Below are positions 9,004 to 19,086 of a stretch of DNA of 54,740 nt, one piece after another. The notes beneath the pieces were generated by a model. It was not told where the DNA came from, did no database searches, and saw only the letters and a program-made list of their open reading frames with translations. Positions within the stretch are counted from its first letter, which is position 1, and every line of letters begins with the position of its first letter. The DNA is from Candidatus Aminicenantes bacterium (GTDB taxonomy: Bacteria > Acidobacteriota > Aminicenantia > Aminicenantales > Aminicenantaceae), in the NCBI GenBank assembly GCA_014859315.1, contig JACUUK010000002.1:1-54740 (forward strand), written 5' to 3'. A program made the position numbers and the translations under genes.

Positions 9004-12000
9004 TTATTTTTCGGCCAGTTTTTTATATGTTTCGTACCTTTCTCTTGCCTCTTCGGCAGCCTGTTTAAATAACTGTTTTGCAATTTCCGGGTATTGTTGT
9101 ACCAGAGTTCTGTATCTTATTTCATTGTTTAGAAATTGTTGATATTCCAGCTTTGGCTCTTTAGAATCCAAAATCAACGGATTCTTTCCTTCTTTTGAAA
9201 GCAATGGATTATACCTATAGAGCACCCAGTAGCCAGTCTCAACAGCTAATTTCTCTTCTGCCTGTGTCTTTGACATGTCTATTCCATGATTAATACATGG
9301 CGAATAGGCAATAATCAAGGAAGGTCCACTATAAGACTCAGCTTCAATAAAAGCTTTTATACATTGATTCGGATTTGCTCCCATGGCCACATTTGCAACA
9401 TAGACATAGCCATATGAAATAGCCATAAGACCAAGATCTTTTTTCTTTGTCCTTTTCCCTGCAGAAGCGAATTTCGCAACTGAACCTGTTGGAGTAGCTT
9501 TAGAGGCTTGGCCTCCAGTATTTGAATAAACTTCTGTATCAAGAACAAGAACATTCACGTTTCTGTTTGAAGCAAGCACATGGTCTAATCCGCCATAACC
9601 AATATCATATGCCCAGCCGTCGCCACCAAAACACCAGACACTCTTTTCCACTATATAGTCCTGAAGCTCAATGATTTTCTCGATTATCGGCTTTGTCTCG
9701 TTTGAGGCTTTAAGCAAGGCCTCTGGTAAAGCTTCCTTTACTTTCTTAGCTGCTTCTTTTGCCTCGTCTGTAACAGAATCCCAGAGTTCTCGGCTTCTAA
9801 CAAGAGTTTCTGTAAGTTCAGGGGTTGTTCCTGCCTTCAAGAGCCATTCTATATTATCTAAGAGTTGTTTCCTGTTGCTGCCTACTGCTAACCGCATCCC
9901 AAATCCATATTCTGCATTGTCTTCAAACAGCGAATTTGCCCACGTTGGACCTTGTCCATTCTTATTCTTACAATATGGCATCGTTGGAAAAGTTCCACCA
10001 TAAATCGAGGAACAACCTGTTGCATTGGCAATTATCATTCTATCCCCGAAAAGCTGCGTTGCTAATTTAACATATGGAGTTTCTCCACATCCTCCACATG
10101 CCCCACTAAACTCAAAATACGGCATCAAGAATTGACTGCCTTTTACTGTTGAGGGATTTGTCCCGTCAAGCACATTGTCTGGAAGGCCCTCAAAGAAAGC
10201 AACATTTTCGATTTCTCCGGAAGCCAACGCTTGATCAATGGGAATTTGCTTTAGAGCTTTCTCTTTAGCAAGGCATGATTCCACACAACTTCCACAGCCA
10301 ACACAGTCTTCCACATAAACTTGCAACCGGTACTGAAGGTCTCTGTCGTTTTTAGTTTTTGATTTTACAACTTTAAATGTTTCGGGAGCGGTTTTTAAGT
10401 CTTTCGGGTCAATCTGTTTTGGACGGATAGCAGCATGAGGACAAACCAGTGAACATTGATTGCACTGAATACATTTTTCAGGGTCCCATAAGGGAACGAA
10501 TGAAGCAACTCCGCGTTTCTCCAGCCGGGTCGTCCCTGTGGGAACGCATCCATCATAAGGCATATGAGACACAGGAATCTTGTCTCCCTTGAAATGCATG
10601 ATTGGTTCTATCAAATTTTTCGCGAATTCCTCAGCATCATCCGGAATAAACTTTGGCGTAGGTACAGGATTTGTGATTCTATCAGGAACAGGAACTTCTT
10701 CCAATGCAGCTGCAGCTCTGTCAACAGCAGCCCAATTCATTTTGACGATATCTTCTCCCTTGCTGATAAAAGTCTTTTTGATTACATTTTTTATCAATTT
10801 CAATGCTTCATCTTCTGGCAGCACTCCAGAAATCTTAAAGAAAACTGCCTGCATGACTGTATTGATACGTTCACCTAATCCAACTCCCTGAGCAATTTTT
10901 AAAGCATCTATGTTATATACTTTTATCTTTTTTTCGATAATCGTCTTCTGCATGTCTTCTGTAAGATGCTCAAAAACTTCATCAGCTTTCCATGTTGAGT
11001 TCAGAAGGAATGTTCCACCTTCTGTGATTCCTCCCAATATATCATAGCGGCCAATATAAGAAGATTTATGAAGAGCTACAAAATTGATGTTATTCAACAG
11101 ATACTGCGATTGAATCTTTTCTTTTCCAAATCTTAGGTGAGAAATTGTTACACCACCTGATTTTTTGGAGTCATATTGAAAGTAGCCCTGCACATACATA
11201 TCTGTGTTGTCGCCAATGATTTTGATTGAATTTTTACTTGCTCCCACTGTTCCATCTGAACCATATCCCCAGAATTTACAGCGGACTACTCCTTTTGGCT
11301 CAGCATCAATATCTTCCCCAAGTGGAAGAGATATTTTTGTGACATCATCATTGATGCCTACTGTAAAACCATGAAAACATTGATTATCGAGATGGTCATA
11401 TACTGCCTTTATCATTGTCGGAGTGAATTCTTTGGAAGAAAGTCCATAACGTCCGCCAATAACTTTTATGTTTTTCCCAGAAAGGGCCACGGCAACATCC
11501 AAATACAGCGGTTCACCAAGTGAACCGGGTTCTTTTGTCCGGTCTAAGACAGCTACTTTCTTGACAGTCTCTGGAATCGCTAAAACAAGAGCCTCAGCAG
11601 AAAACGGCCGATACAACCGGACTTTTATTGCTCCAACTCTTTCACCGAGCGTATTTAGGTAGTTAACAGTTTCTTCAATCGTTTCTGTGGCACTTCCCAT
11701 AGCAACAATTACTTTTTCTGCATCAGGAGCACCGATGTAATCAAAAAGATGGTATTGACGCCCAACTTTTTTCGCTAACTTATCCATATATTCCTGAACG
11801 ATTCCTGGAGTCGCATCATAGAATTTATTAACTGTTTCCCTCCCCTGAAAGTAAACATCAGGATTCTGGGCACCGACCTTCATTATAGGCCTTTCTGGAT
11901 TCATTGCGCGCTCGCGAAATTCTTTCACATACTGCATTTCAAGCATTTCAGCAAGTGTCTCATACGGAATGATTTCAACTTTTTGAATCTCATGAGATGT

Positions 12001-12525
12001 TCTGAATCCATCAAAAAAGTTTAAAAATGGAATCTTGGCCTTTAAAGTAGCAAGATGAGAAACAACTGCCAAATCCATGGTCTCTTGGATTGAGCCTGCT
12101 GCCATAAGAGCAAATCCTGTATTTCTGGCTGACATGACATCAGAATGGTCTCCAAAAATGGACAATGCTTGACATGCCAGGGAACGGGCAGACACATGAA
12201 AAACAGTCGGCAACATCTCTCCAGCGATCTTATGCATGTTTGGCAGCATAAGCATCAATCCTTGAGAAGCAGTAAAGGTTGTCGTTAGAGCTCCTGCAGA
12301 AAGACTCCCATGAACAGCCCCAGAGGCGCCGCCTTCAGATTGCATCTCAATCACATTCAAGACCTGGCCAAAAATATTTTTTCTTCCCTGTGAAGCCCAT
12401 TCATCAGCAAGTTCACCCATGTTTGATGAAGGAGTAATAGGGTAAATGGCGGCAACTTCACTAAATGCATATGCCACATGTGTGGCTGCCGTATTGCCGT
12501 CAATGGGTTTAAATATCTTTTTCAT
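9004..12525 (-). CDS. nifJ: Pyruvate:ferredoxin (flavodoxin) oxidoreductase, single-polypeptide type
   Basis: 1173 aa. Two 4Fe-4S ferredoxin motifs (CIQCNQCSLVCPH, CVGCGSCVESC) and a TPP-binding block GGDGWAYDIG. Length and domain order are typical of PFOR. Confidence 0.95.
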   Translation of the reverse strand: MKKIFKPIDGNTAATHVAYAFSEVAAIYPITPSSNMGELADEWASQGRKNIFGQVLNVIEMQSEGGASGAVHGSLSAGALTTTFTASQGLMLMLPNMHKIAGEMLPTVFHVSARSLACQALSIFGDHSDVMSARNTGFALMAAGSIQETMDLAVVSHLATLKAKIPFLNFFDGFRTSHEIQKVEIIPYETLAEMLEMQYVKEFRERAMNPERPIMKVGAQNPDVYFQGRETVNKFYDATPGIVQEYMDKLAKKVGRQYHLFDYIGAPDAEKVIVAMGSATETIEETVNYLNTLGERVGAIKVRLYRPFSAEALVLAIPETVKKVAVLDRTKEPGSLGEPLYLDVAVALSGKNIKVIGGRYGLSSKEFTPTMIKAVYDHLDNQCFHGFTVGINDDVTKISLPLGEDIDAEPKGVVRCKFWGYGSDGTVGASKNSIKIIGDNTDMYVQGYFQYDSKKSGGVTISHLRFGKEKIQSQYLLNNINFVALHKSSYIGRYDILGGITEGGTFLLNSTWKADEVFEHLTEDMQKTIIEKKIKVYNIDALKIAQGVGLGERINTVMQAVFFKISGVLPEDEALKLIKNVIKKTFISKGEDIVKMNWAAVDRAAAALEEVPVPDRITNPVPTPKFIPDDAEEFAKNLIEPIMHFKGDKIPVSHMPYDGCVPTGTTRLEKRGVASFVPLWDPEKCIQCNQCSLVCPHAAIRPKQIDPKDLKTAPETFKVVKSKTKNDRDLQYRLQVYVEDCVGCGSCVESCLAKEKALKQIPIDQALASGEIENVAFFEGLPDNVLDGTNPSTVKGSQFLMPYFEFSGACGGCGETPYVKLATQLFGDRMIIANATGCSSIYGGTFPTMPYCKNKNGQGPTWANSLFEDNAEYGFGMRLAVGSNRKQLLDNIEWLLKAGTTPELTETLVRSRELWDSVTDEAKEAAKKVKEALPEALLKASNETKPIIEKIIELQDYIVEKSVWCFGGDGWAYDIGYGGLDHVLASNRNVNVLVLDTEVYSNTGGQASKATPTGSVAKFASAGKRTKKKDLGLMAISYGYVYVANVAMGANPNQCIKAFIEAESYSGPSLIIAYSPCINHGIDMSKTQAEEKLAVETGYWVLYRYNPLLSKEGKNPLILDSKEPKLEYQQFLNNEIRYRTLVQQYPEIAKQLFKQAAEEARERYETYKKLAEK

Positions 12526-12830
12526 GATGTATCTCCTCTTCTAATAGTCTGTGATTTAATATTGCAGGTAAAATATTTTAATTAACTTTATATTTTACTC
12601 TTTTATCCAGATATTTCAAATATTAATTGTTTAAAATAATTATATCTACTTCATGAAAAGGATATAATTTTTGACAATATATTTTTATATTAATACATTA
12701 TGCATGGGGACTCAAAAAAACCGTTTGGAGGCAGTGCAAGCACGAGTTTTTCCCATGTAATAGAGGAAAGTTAAGCGCAGAAAATAAGAAGTTTAATTGG
12801 ATTTAAAAATATAATTGAGTGGCTAACCTT

Positions 12831-13436
12831 TTAATCTTTCAGTTCAGCCCTTCCTTCCAATGCTTTTTTTATTGTCACCTGGTCAGCATAATCAATATCA
12901 GAACCAACAGGCAATCCAATTGCTAATCGAGTTATCTTGATGCCATGGTCTTTCAAGCTTTTTGCAAGATATACAGCAGTTGCTTCTCCATCAGTTGTAG
13001 TACTTGTGGCCAAAATAATTTCTTTAAACGAGCCTTTACGTATACGCTTTAACAACTTCTCAATCTTGAGTTCATCCGGCCCTATTCCTTTTAAAGGCGA
13101 AATAGTCCCTAATAGCACATGATAACGCCCGTTATAAATCCCTGTTTTCTCGATTGAAGCGATATTGAACGGCTCTTCAACAATACATAAGAAGGTATCA
13201 TCTCTCTTGTCATCTGAACAATAGTGACATGGATTGATATCGGTTAAGTTGTTACAAATTGAACAGTATGATGTCCCTTGTTTTGCATTTCGTATTGATT
13301 CCGCTAATTTCTCCACTTCATCCATTGAAAGTCCTATAATGTAATATGCTATCCTTTGAGCAGATTTTGCCCCAATACCAGGAAGTGATTTCAATTCTTG
13401 GATAAGATTATTTATAGGATGATCTTGTGATAACAT
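12831..13436 (-). CDS. recR: Recombination protein RecR
   Basis: 201 aa. Helix-hairpin-helix LPGIGAKSAQR, C4 zinc finger (CSICNN...CHYC) and a Toprim region. It sits in a dnaX-ybaB-recR operon context. Confidence 0.95.
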   Translation of the reverse strand: MLSQDHPINNLIQELKSLPGIGAKSAQRIAYYIIGLSMDEVEKLAESIRNAKQGTSYCSICNNLTDINPCHYCSDDKRDDTFLCIVEEPFNIASIEKTGIYNGRYHVLLGTISPLKGIGPDELKIEKLLKRIRKGSFKEIILATSTTTDGEATAVYLAKSLKDHGIKITRLAIGLPVGSDIDYADQVTIKKALEGRAELKD

Positions 13437-13747
13437 CAGAATAGTCCCGGAATCTTAAATCCTGGCCCTAATGCACCCAATTTTTGAGAGACATCCTCAT
13501 CAACTTTCATGGAGGCGTCATGAAACGCTGCTGCGATTAAATCTTGAAGCATCTCTACATCTTCCCTGTTCACCACTTCTGGATCTATCTTAATAGACAT
13601 TAAGTTCTTTGACCCATCAAGGATGACACTCACCATTCCTCCTCCACTTGAACCTTCGACCCTCATTTCGGCCAGTTCTTTTTGGAGCTTCTCCTGCATT
13701 TCCTTTGCAGTTTTTAACATATTTTGGAAATTCGGTATGCCCTTCAT
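13436..13747 (-). CDS. ybaB: YbaB/EbfC family nucleoid-associated protein
   Basis: 103 aa with a typical N-terminus (NMLKTAKEMQEKLQK) and GGGMV block. It lies between dnaX and recR and overlaps recR by 1 nt. Confidence 0.9.
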   Translation of the reverse strand: MKGIPNFQNMLKTAKEMQEKLQKELAEMRVEGSSGGGMVSVILDGSKNLMSIKIDPEVVNREDVEMLQDLIAAAFHDASMKVDEDVSQKLGALGPGFKIPGLF

Positions 13748-13781
13748 TTTTTTCTCCTCTAAGTAATAACCTTAGGAGGTT

Positions 13782-15242
13782 TTAATCTTTGGATTTTTTT
13801 ATTGGCTCAACAGAAAGAATCTGCGCCTTAAATGTATTTATAAAATTCTGGACCGACGGATCCTTTAATGCCATGTCAACATCTTTGTTTTTTGTTTTCT
13901 TAGGTTCAGTAGGATCTTTTACCACTTCATGCTTTTGCTCCTGCTGATCAGAATATAAATTTGAATCTTCTAAAGATTCCCTTATGACTTTCTTTTTTTC
14001 ATGCAAAGGCTGAGTTGGAAAGAAACTGTTATTTTCATTTATCTTATGAATGTTATTATCCTGAAAAACAGATTTACTCTGTCCTATAGCAGATTTTTGC
14101 ACTTCTTTTTTAATGTATTCAATCTCGGCAATAATATCTTCTAAAGGAATTATTCGCTTGAAATGGCATAGTTTAACCAATAATGCTTCCAAGTAAAACC
14201 TCTGATGAGAAGAATATTTTAATCCCGGTTCTGCTTCTTGGAGCGCTAGAAGGTAGCGCAGAATTTCTTCAGAAGACAGTTTTTCTGCTTGTTTTTTTAA
14301 TTTATTAAGATCATCTTCCCCAATAGAAAGTAAATCCCTAATATTTTTTACGGATTTTACCAAGAGTAAATTTCTGAAATGCTGTGTAAGTTCTTTATAA
14401 AAAAATGGGAGATCATATCCTGAGTCAATTACATTCTCGACAAGAGAGAATGCTTTCTCTGGCTTTCCTTGGATAATCATTTCCGAAAACTGAAATAGGA
14501 TTTCACTTTTTATTGTCCCTAAAATTTCCATCAAATCATCATCACTTATGCTCTCTCCAGAAAATGCAACAGCCTGGTCGAGTAGACTCTGAGCATCCCT
14601 GAGACTACCATCCGCAGCTTCTGCAATCATGTTTAACCCGGAGGGAGAGATAATAATATTTTCTTTTTTCGTGATGTACAGCAAATGATTGATTATATCT
14701 TTCATAGAAATTTTCTTAAATTCAAAATGCTGACACCGGGAAACAATCGTTTGAGGAACTTTATGGAATTCAGTCGTTGCAAAAATGAAAACAGTATTTT
14801 CTGGAGGTTCCTCTAAAATCTTAAGCAATGTATTAAAAGCCTCATTTGTCAGCATATGAACTTCGTCTATTATAACAACCTTATAACGGCTATGAATTGG
14901 TTTATACTTTAAGCCTTCACGAAGCGATCGGGCTTCCTCTACTCTCCTGTTGGCTGCACCATCTATCTCGATAACATCAACAGAATGGTCATTGGTTATC
15001 TCCTCGCAGAATTCACATTTATTGCATGGAGTAGGAATAGGGCCGGATTTGCAGTTCAATGCTTTTGCAAAGATTCGGGCAGCAGTTGTTTTTCCAACAC
15101 CTCTCATCCCAGAAAAAATATAGGCCTGTGCTACTCTGTTGTTTTTAATCGCATTCATTAAAGTCTGGACGACCGGCTTTTGGCCAACCATCTCCTCAAA
15201 TATTTTAGGCCTGTATTTTCTTGCTAAGATTATATAACTCAT
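13782..15242 (-). CDS. dnaX: DNA polymerase III subunit gamma/tau
   Basis: 486 aa. Motifs seen: ARKYRP, Walker A GMRGVGKTT, zinc module CNKCEFCEE, DEVHML and SRC. Confidence 0.95.
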   Translation of the reverse strand: MSYIILARKYRPKIFEEMVGQKPVVQTLMNAIKNNRVAQAYIFSGMRGVGKTTAARIFAKALNCKSGPIPTPCNKCEFCEEITNDHSVDVIEIDGAANRRVEEARSLREGLKYKPIHSRYKVVIIDEVHMLTNEAFNTLLKILEEPPENTVFIFATTEFHKVPQTIVSRCQHFEFKKISMKDIINHLLYITKKENIIISPSGLNMIAEAADGSLRDAQSLLDQAVAFSGESISDDDLMEILGTIKSEILFQFSEMIIQGKPEKAFSLVENVIDSGYDLPFFYKELTQHFRNLLLVKSVKNIRDLLSIGEDDLNKLKKQAEKLSSEEILRYLLALQEAEPGLKYSSHQRFYLEALLVKLCHFKRIIPLEDIIAEIEYIKKEVQKSAIGQSKSVFQDNNIHKINENNSFFPTQPLHEKKKVIRESLEDSNLYSDQQEQKHEVVKDPTEPKKTKNKDVDMALKDPSVQNFINTFKAQILSVEPIKKSKD

Positions 15243-15362
15243 AAGACTTGCTAATATTTTCTGATTAGGACCTTTAATGTAGACTACATATTAGCATAAT
15301 TTTTTCTTAAAGCAAAAAACTATTTTGCGTTAAAGCATCATAATGGATATGATAGAAAAAAA

Positions 15363-16226
15363 ATGGGCAGCACAAGGCAAAAAGCTCTTTTAGAAATACA
15401 TTCTGCTGTCTTCCTTTTTGGCCTGGCTGGTCTTTTTGGGAAATGGCTTACTTTTTCGCCATTAATTATTGTATTTGGGCGAGTTTGTTTTGCCTGTGCT
15501 GCATTAGCAGTATTTATCTTTTTATCCCAAAGAAAGTTTTCTATTTCTCCAAATAGCTCTTATGCAATCCTTTTTTTTCTTGGCTTGCTTCTTGCCACAC
15601 ATTGGATTGCATTCTTCCAATCTATCCAAGTCTCAACAGTAGCTGTAGGGCTTCTTTCCTATTCGACTTTCCCCATCTTCACGGTCTTCCTTGAACCTCT
15701 TTTCTTCAAGAAAAGAATAGAAATACAAAACGTTTTTTATGCAAGTTTGTGTTTACTTGGGATTTTCTTTATTATTCCCCGCTTCGACCTTCAGCATTCT
15801 GTTTTTCAAGGAGTTCTTTGGGGGGTGTTGTCCGGGCTTACTTTTTCTGTGTTAACCATTTTAAATAGAAAACTTTCGCAGGAATACTCAAGCCTTCTTA
15901 TCGCATTCTACGAAGATATTTCGGCCTCAGTGTTTCTCTTCCCTTTTCTATTCATAGTTAAATACTCTATCGGGTCAAAAGATGTTTTCCTTCTCTTTAT
16001 ACTTGGAGTTCTGTGTACTGCCTGTTCCCACACTCTCTTCATAAAAGGCATTAAATACGTAGAAGCTCAAAAAGCTTCTATAATAAGCTCTCTTGAACCT
16101 GTTTATGGAATCATCTTAGCTTTTATTTTTCTTCAAGAAATTCCATCTTTACGAACGATTTTAGGAGGAATAATTATTATCGGCTCTGCGTTAAAAATTA
16201 CCCTCAAAAAAGAAATAATAAACTAA
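15363..16226 (+). CDS. EamA/DMT-family transporter
   Basis: 287 aa with about 10 hydrophobic helices arranged as two EamA-like halves. Confidence 0.75.
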   Translation: MGSTRQKALLEIHSAVFLFGLAGLFGKWLTFSPLIIVFGRVCFACAALAVFIFLSQRKFSISPNSSYAILFFLGLLLATHWIAFFQSIQVSTVAVGLLSYSTFPIFTVFLEPLFFKKRIEIQNVFYASLCLLGIFFIIPRFDLQHSVFQGVLWGVLSGLTFSVLTILNRKLSQEYSSLLIAFYEDISASVFLFPFLFIVKYSIGSKDVFLLFILGVLCTACSHTLFIKGIKYVEAQKASIISSLEPVYGIILAFIFLQEIPSLRTILGGIIIIGSALKITLKKEIIN

Positions 16227-16252
16227 TGTTCTTTCAACAAATGAGATATCTT

Positions 16253-17413
16253 TTAGAACTTTCTTATCTTCTTCTTTGCAGTTTTTTCCTTTTTATGCCT
16301 CTGTTTCAATTGAGCTTCTTCTTCAGCATGTCTTTCTTTGAACTTGGTTAATTCATTCTTATAAGTTTCTTCTATTTTCCTCTTTTCAGCTTCATTCCGG
16401 GCTGCTTTCTTTCTTCTATTGAAGCTTGCGGTTAACTCCCTTAATTCTTTTTCCTGAGTCTCTTTTAAAATCCTTGCTTCATGAGTATGGCCTTCTTCTA
16501 AAGCCCTTCTTGCCTTTGGAGTCTCTTCCTCTGCAGGAATTGCGATTTTCTTTTTTGATATTTTCGTCTTAGCTTCCTCTTTATTCAAGACCACTTTTGG
16601 CTTTGCAGTTTCCTCTGTTTTTATCGTTGGCCTGAATACTTCCACTCTATTTACTCTCACTTTGTTAGGCCCAACTTTATCTTTATCTTGAAGACTGTAT
16701 TTTGTTATTCTTCTCTTTGTTATAGAGCGAACGAAACTTTCATCGAGTGCTCTATTGATGATGCGGTCGTTCTTAACTTCTATCCTTGCTTTGAGTGAAG
16801 TTGCATAAATAATTGTTCTGTTCCGTTCAACAGGAATAATATAACGATAGATCCTGGAATTTAAAAAATACCGGCCGTCAATGAAAATCCAATAATATAC
16901 ATTCAATGAATACGGAAGGGTATGTATGCCAATTCCAGGTATAAAATGCACATCAGGTGGAATCGGCGCCCACCCTATATAAAGATTGCTGCTCCGCCAG
17001 ACTATCCATGCCGGCCCCCATGTACTTCCAGGGACCCAAAACCACCCTAATTCATTATCTTTGCCCCATCGTCCATAATGAAAGGGAGCCCATCCCCATT
17101 CAAAGCTTGATATCCATGTCCAGCCATAATCTGTCCAAACCCATTGTCCATATGTATAAGGCCTCCAATTGTACATTCGTACTTCAGGAATCCATACATA
17201 TCCGTAGCGGGAATGATAAACCCAGATTCCGTAAGTCGATAGATAATCATAAAAATAGGAAGACCCTACTTCATAAGAACCCGCCCTGTAATCTTCCTCA
17301 TAATACGGCTCCTCCTTTGGTAAAGGTCGCTGTTCCTGAGGAGTAGGGAGATATACGATACAGCTCGCCAACCAAATAAAGCTAAATATGATGATTAAAA
17401 CATATTTCTTCAT
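16253..17413 (-). CDS. Lipoprotein with a Trp/Tyr-rich repeat domain and a Lys/Glu-rich coiled-coil tail (paralog of 32997-34706)
   Basis: The track ORF starts at 17449. The ATG at 17413 is preceded by AAGGGGAAG and gives MKKYVLIIIFSFIWLASC, which contains a lipobox. The central block YGYVWIPE..WRPYTYGQWVWTDYGWTW..WGWAPFHYGRW..WGPAWIVW is shared with the 569-aa protein. The C-terminal roughly 130 aa are K/E/R-rich. Confidence 0.6.
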   Translation of the reverse strand: MKKYVLIIIFSFIWLASCIVYLPTPQEQRPLPKEEPYYEEDYRAGSYEVGSSYFYDYLSTYGIWVYHSRYGYVWIPEVRMYNWRPYTYGQWVWTDYGWTWISSFEWGWAPFHYGRWGKDNELGWFWVPGSTWGPAWIVWRSSNLYIGWAPIPPDVHFIPGIGIHTLPYSLNVYYWIFIDGRYFLNSRIYRYIIPVERNRTIIYATSLKARIEVKNDRIINRALDESFVRSITKRRITKYSLQDKDKVGPNKVRVNRVEVFRPTIKTEETAKPKVVLNKEEAKTKISKKKIAIPAEEETPKARRALEEGHTHEARILKETQEKELRELTASFNRRKKAARNEAEKRKIEETYKNELTKFKERHAEEEAQLKQRHKKEKTAKKKIRKF

Positions 17414-17622
17414 ATTCTTCCCCTTAATTATATAGTCTGAATTATTCATAAAAACTGTCGATACTTTTATATAATTTCAATGATATTTGCCTATTATTAT
17501 GATTTTTTACAATATCAAGCGAATCACTTTGTTCGCTTAATCTTATTTCAATCGTACTAATATTAACCCAGTTTTTCAATATACAGATTTATTTACAGAA
17601 AAACCAGTGGCCCAAGCTTTTT

Positions 17623-18834
17623 TTATTCTAGTTTTTTAAAAACTTTTTTTATTCTTTTGAAAGCCCAATTGAGTTCTTTTTGTTTAATAATTAGTGGAGG
17701 TGCAAAACGAATGACATTTTCATGTGTTTCTTTACACAGAAGCCCTTCATCTTTTAAAGCTTCACAAAATTGCCTGGCCCCATCTGCTTCAGGATGCAGT
17801 TCTACTCCAATCAGTAGACCTTTCCCCCGCACTTCTTTAATATGTTTGCTTTTAATAGTTTTTAGTTTCTCTAAAAAATATTCTCCCATCTGTGCGGAAT
17901 TCTCTATCATTTTTTCTTCTTTTATCACACGAAGAGATTCGCGTGCTACTGCACAGGCCAATGGATTCGCCCCAAATGTGGAGCCATGCGAACCAGGACT
18001 AAACAGGCCAAGGATTCCCCGGCTGGAAAGCACAGCGGAGATGGCATAACATCCGCCTCCCAAAGACTTGCCTATAATCATTACATCCGGAGTTATGCCT
18101 TCATATTCGCATGCAAAAAGTTTTCCTGTGCGGCCCAAACCGGTCTGGATTTCATCAGCAATAAACAGAACATTATTTTTCTCACAGATTTCCTTGGCTT
18201 TCCTTAAATATCCTTCAGGTGGCAAGATGATTCCTGCCTCAGCTTGAATCGGCTCAACCAGAAAGGCCGCTGTATTCGGTGTTATCGCTTCTTCTAAAGC
18301 ATCTATGTCTCCATATGGAACTGTCACAAATCCAGAAGTGAACGGGCCAAAATCTTTCTTATAAAGTGGCTCTGTGGAGAAGCCAATGATTGTGATAGTA
18401 CGCCCATGAAAATTATTTTCACAAGTGATGATTTCAGCTTCATCTTGAGCAACGCCTTTTTTTTGATAAGCCCACATGCGTGCTGCCTTAATGGCTGTTT
18501 CTACTGCCTCAGCTCCTGAATTCATAGGAAGGACCATTTCGAAGCCAGTTAAATCGCAAAGCTCTTTTGCTAACATAGGCCATTGGTCATTGCGAAAAGC
18601 ACGAGAGGTTAATGTAACCTTTTTAGCCTGCTCGGTCAGAGCTTTTACTATACGCGGGTGACAATGCCCCTGATTAACAGCAGAATATGCACTTAGAAAA
18701 TCAAGATGTTTTTTCCCTTCAACATCCCAAACCCAAATTCCTTTTGCTTTGGTTATTACCACATCTAAAGGATGGTAATTGTGAGCTCCATATAAATCTT
18801 CTACATCCACATAAAATTTTGTATCCATTTTCAT
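17623..18834 (-). CDS. rocD: Ornithine--oxo-acid aminotransferase (class III PLP aminotransferase)
   Basis: 403 aa. Blocks [34 protein letters not shown] and GSHGSTFG closely follow Bacillus RocD as I recall it. Confidence 0.85.
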   Translation of the reverse strand: MKMDTKFYVDVEDLYGAHNYHPLDVVITKAKGIWVWDVEGKKHLDFLSAYSAVNQGHCHPRIVKALTEQAKKVTLTSRAFRNDQWPMLAKELCDLTGFEMVLPMNSGAEAVETAIKAARMWAYQKKGVAQDEAEIITCENNFHGRTITIIGFSTEPLYKKDFGPFTSGFVTVPYGDIDALEEAITPNTAAFLVEPIQAEAGIILPPEGYLRKAKEICEKNNVLFIADEIQTGLGRTGKLFACEYEGITPDVMIIGKSLGGGCYAISAVLSSRGILGLFSPGSHGSTFGANPLACAVARESLRVIKEEKMIENSAQMGEYFLEKLKTIKSKHIKEVRGKGLLIGVELHPEADGARQFCEALKDEGLLCKETHENVIRFAPPLIIKQKELNWAFKRIKKVFKKLE

Positions 18835-18860
18835 CTCCTTTTATCTGACAAAGTGACATA

Positions 18861-18953
<93 letters not shown>

Positions 18954-19086
18954 ATTTTGCTTTACAATAAAATACTTTCAAAACGGGAATTTAAAATTAC
19001 CAAAAAATAAAAATTACGTCAATGAAAATTAGACTATCAGGGTCAAGTTTTATCCTTTTGAACCTTGTTTTCTACACTTTTTTATA

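Noticed and set aside
8844-9083. 79-aa minus-strand ORF overlapping the PFOR 3' end
   Set aside because: It overlaps the PFOR coding sequence out of frame, has a basic low-complexity composition and no SD. The 51-codon ORF in another frame (8759-8914) is the more plausible occupant of this spacer.
12760-12780. GAGGAAAGT resembling RNase P RNA conserved region CR-I (GAGGAAAGUCC)
   Set aside because: The match breaks after 9 nt (TTAAGCGC instead of CCGGGC). Only about 130 nt remain before recR, far too little for a 330-400-nt RNase P RNA, and no other conserved regions are present.
17657-18049. 130-aa plus-strand ORF inside rocD, and the similar 45453-45845 ORF opposite nrdR
   Set aside because: Both are antisense shadows of well-supported genes. 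Neither has motifs or a ribosome-binding site.
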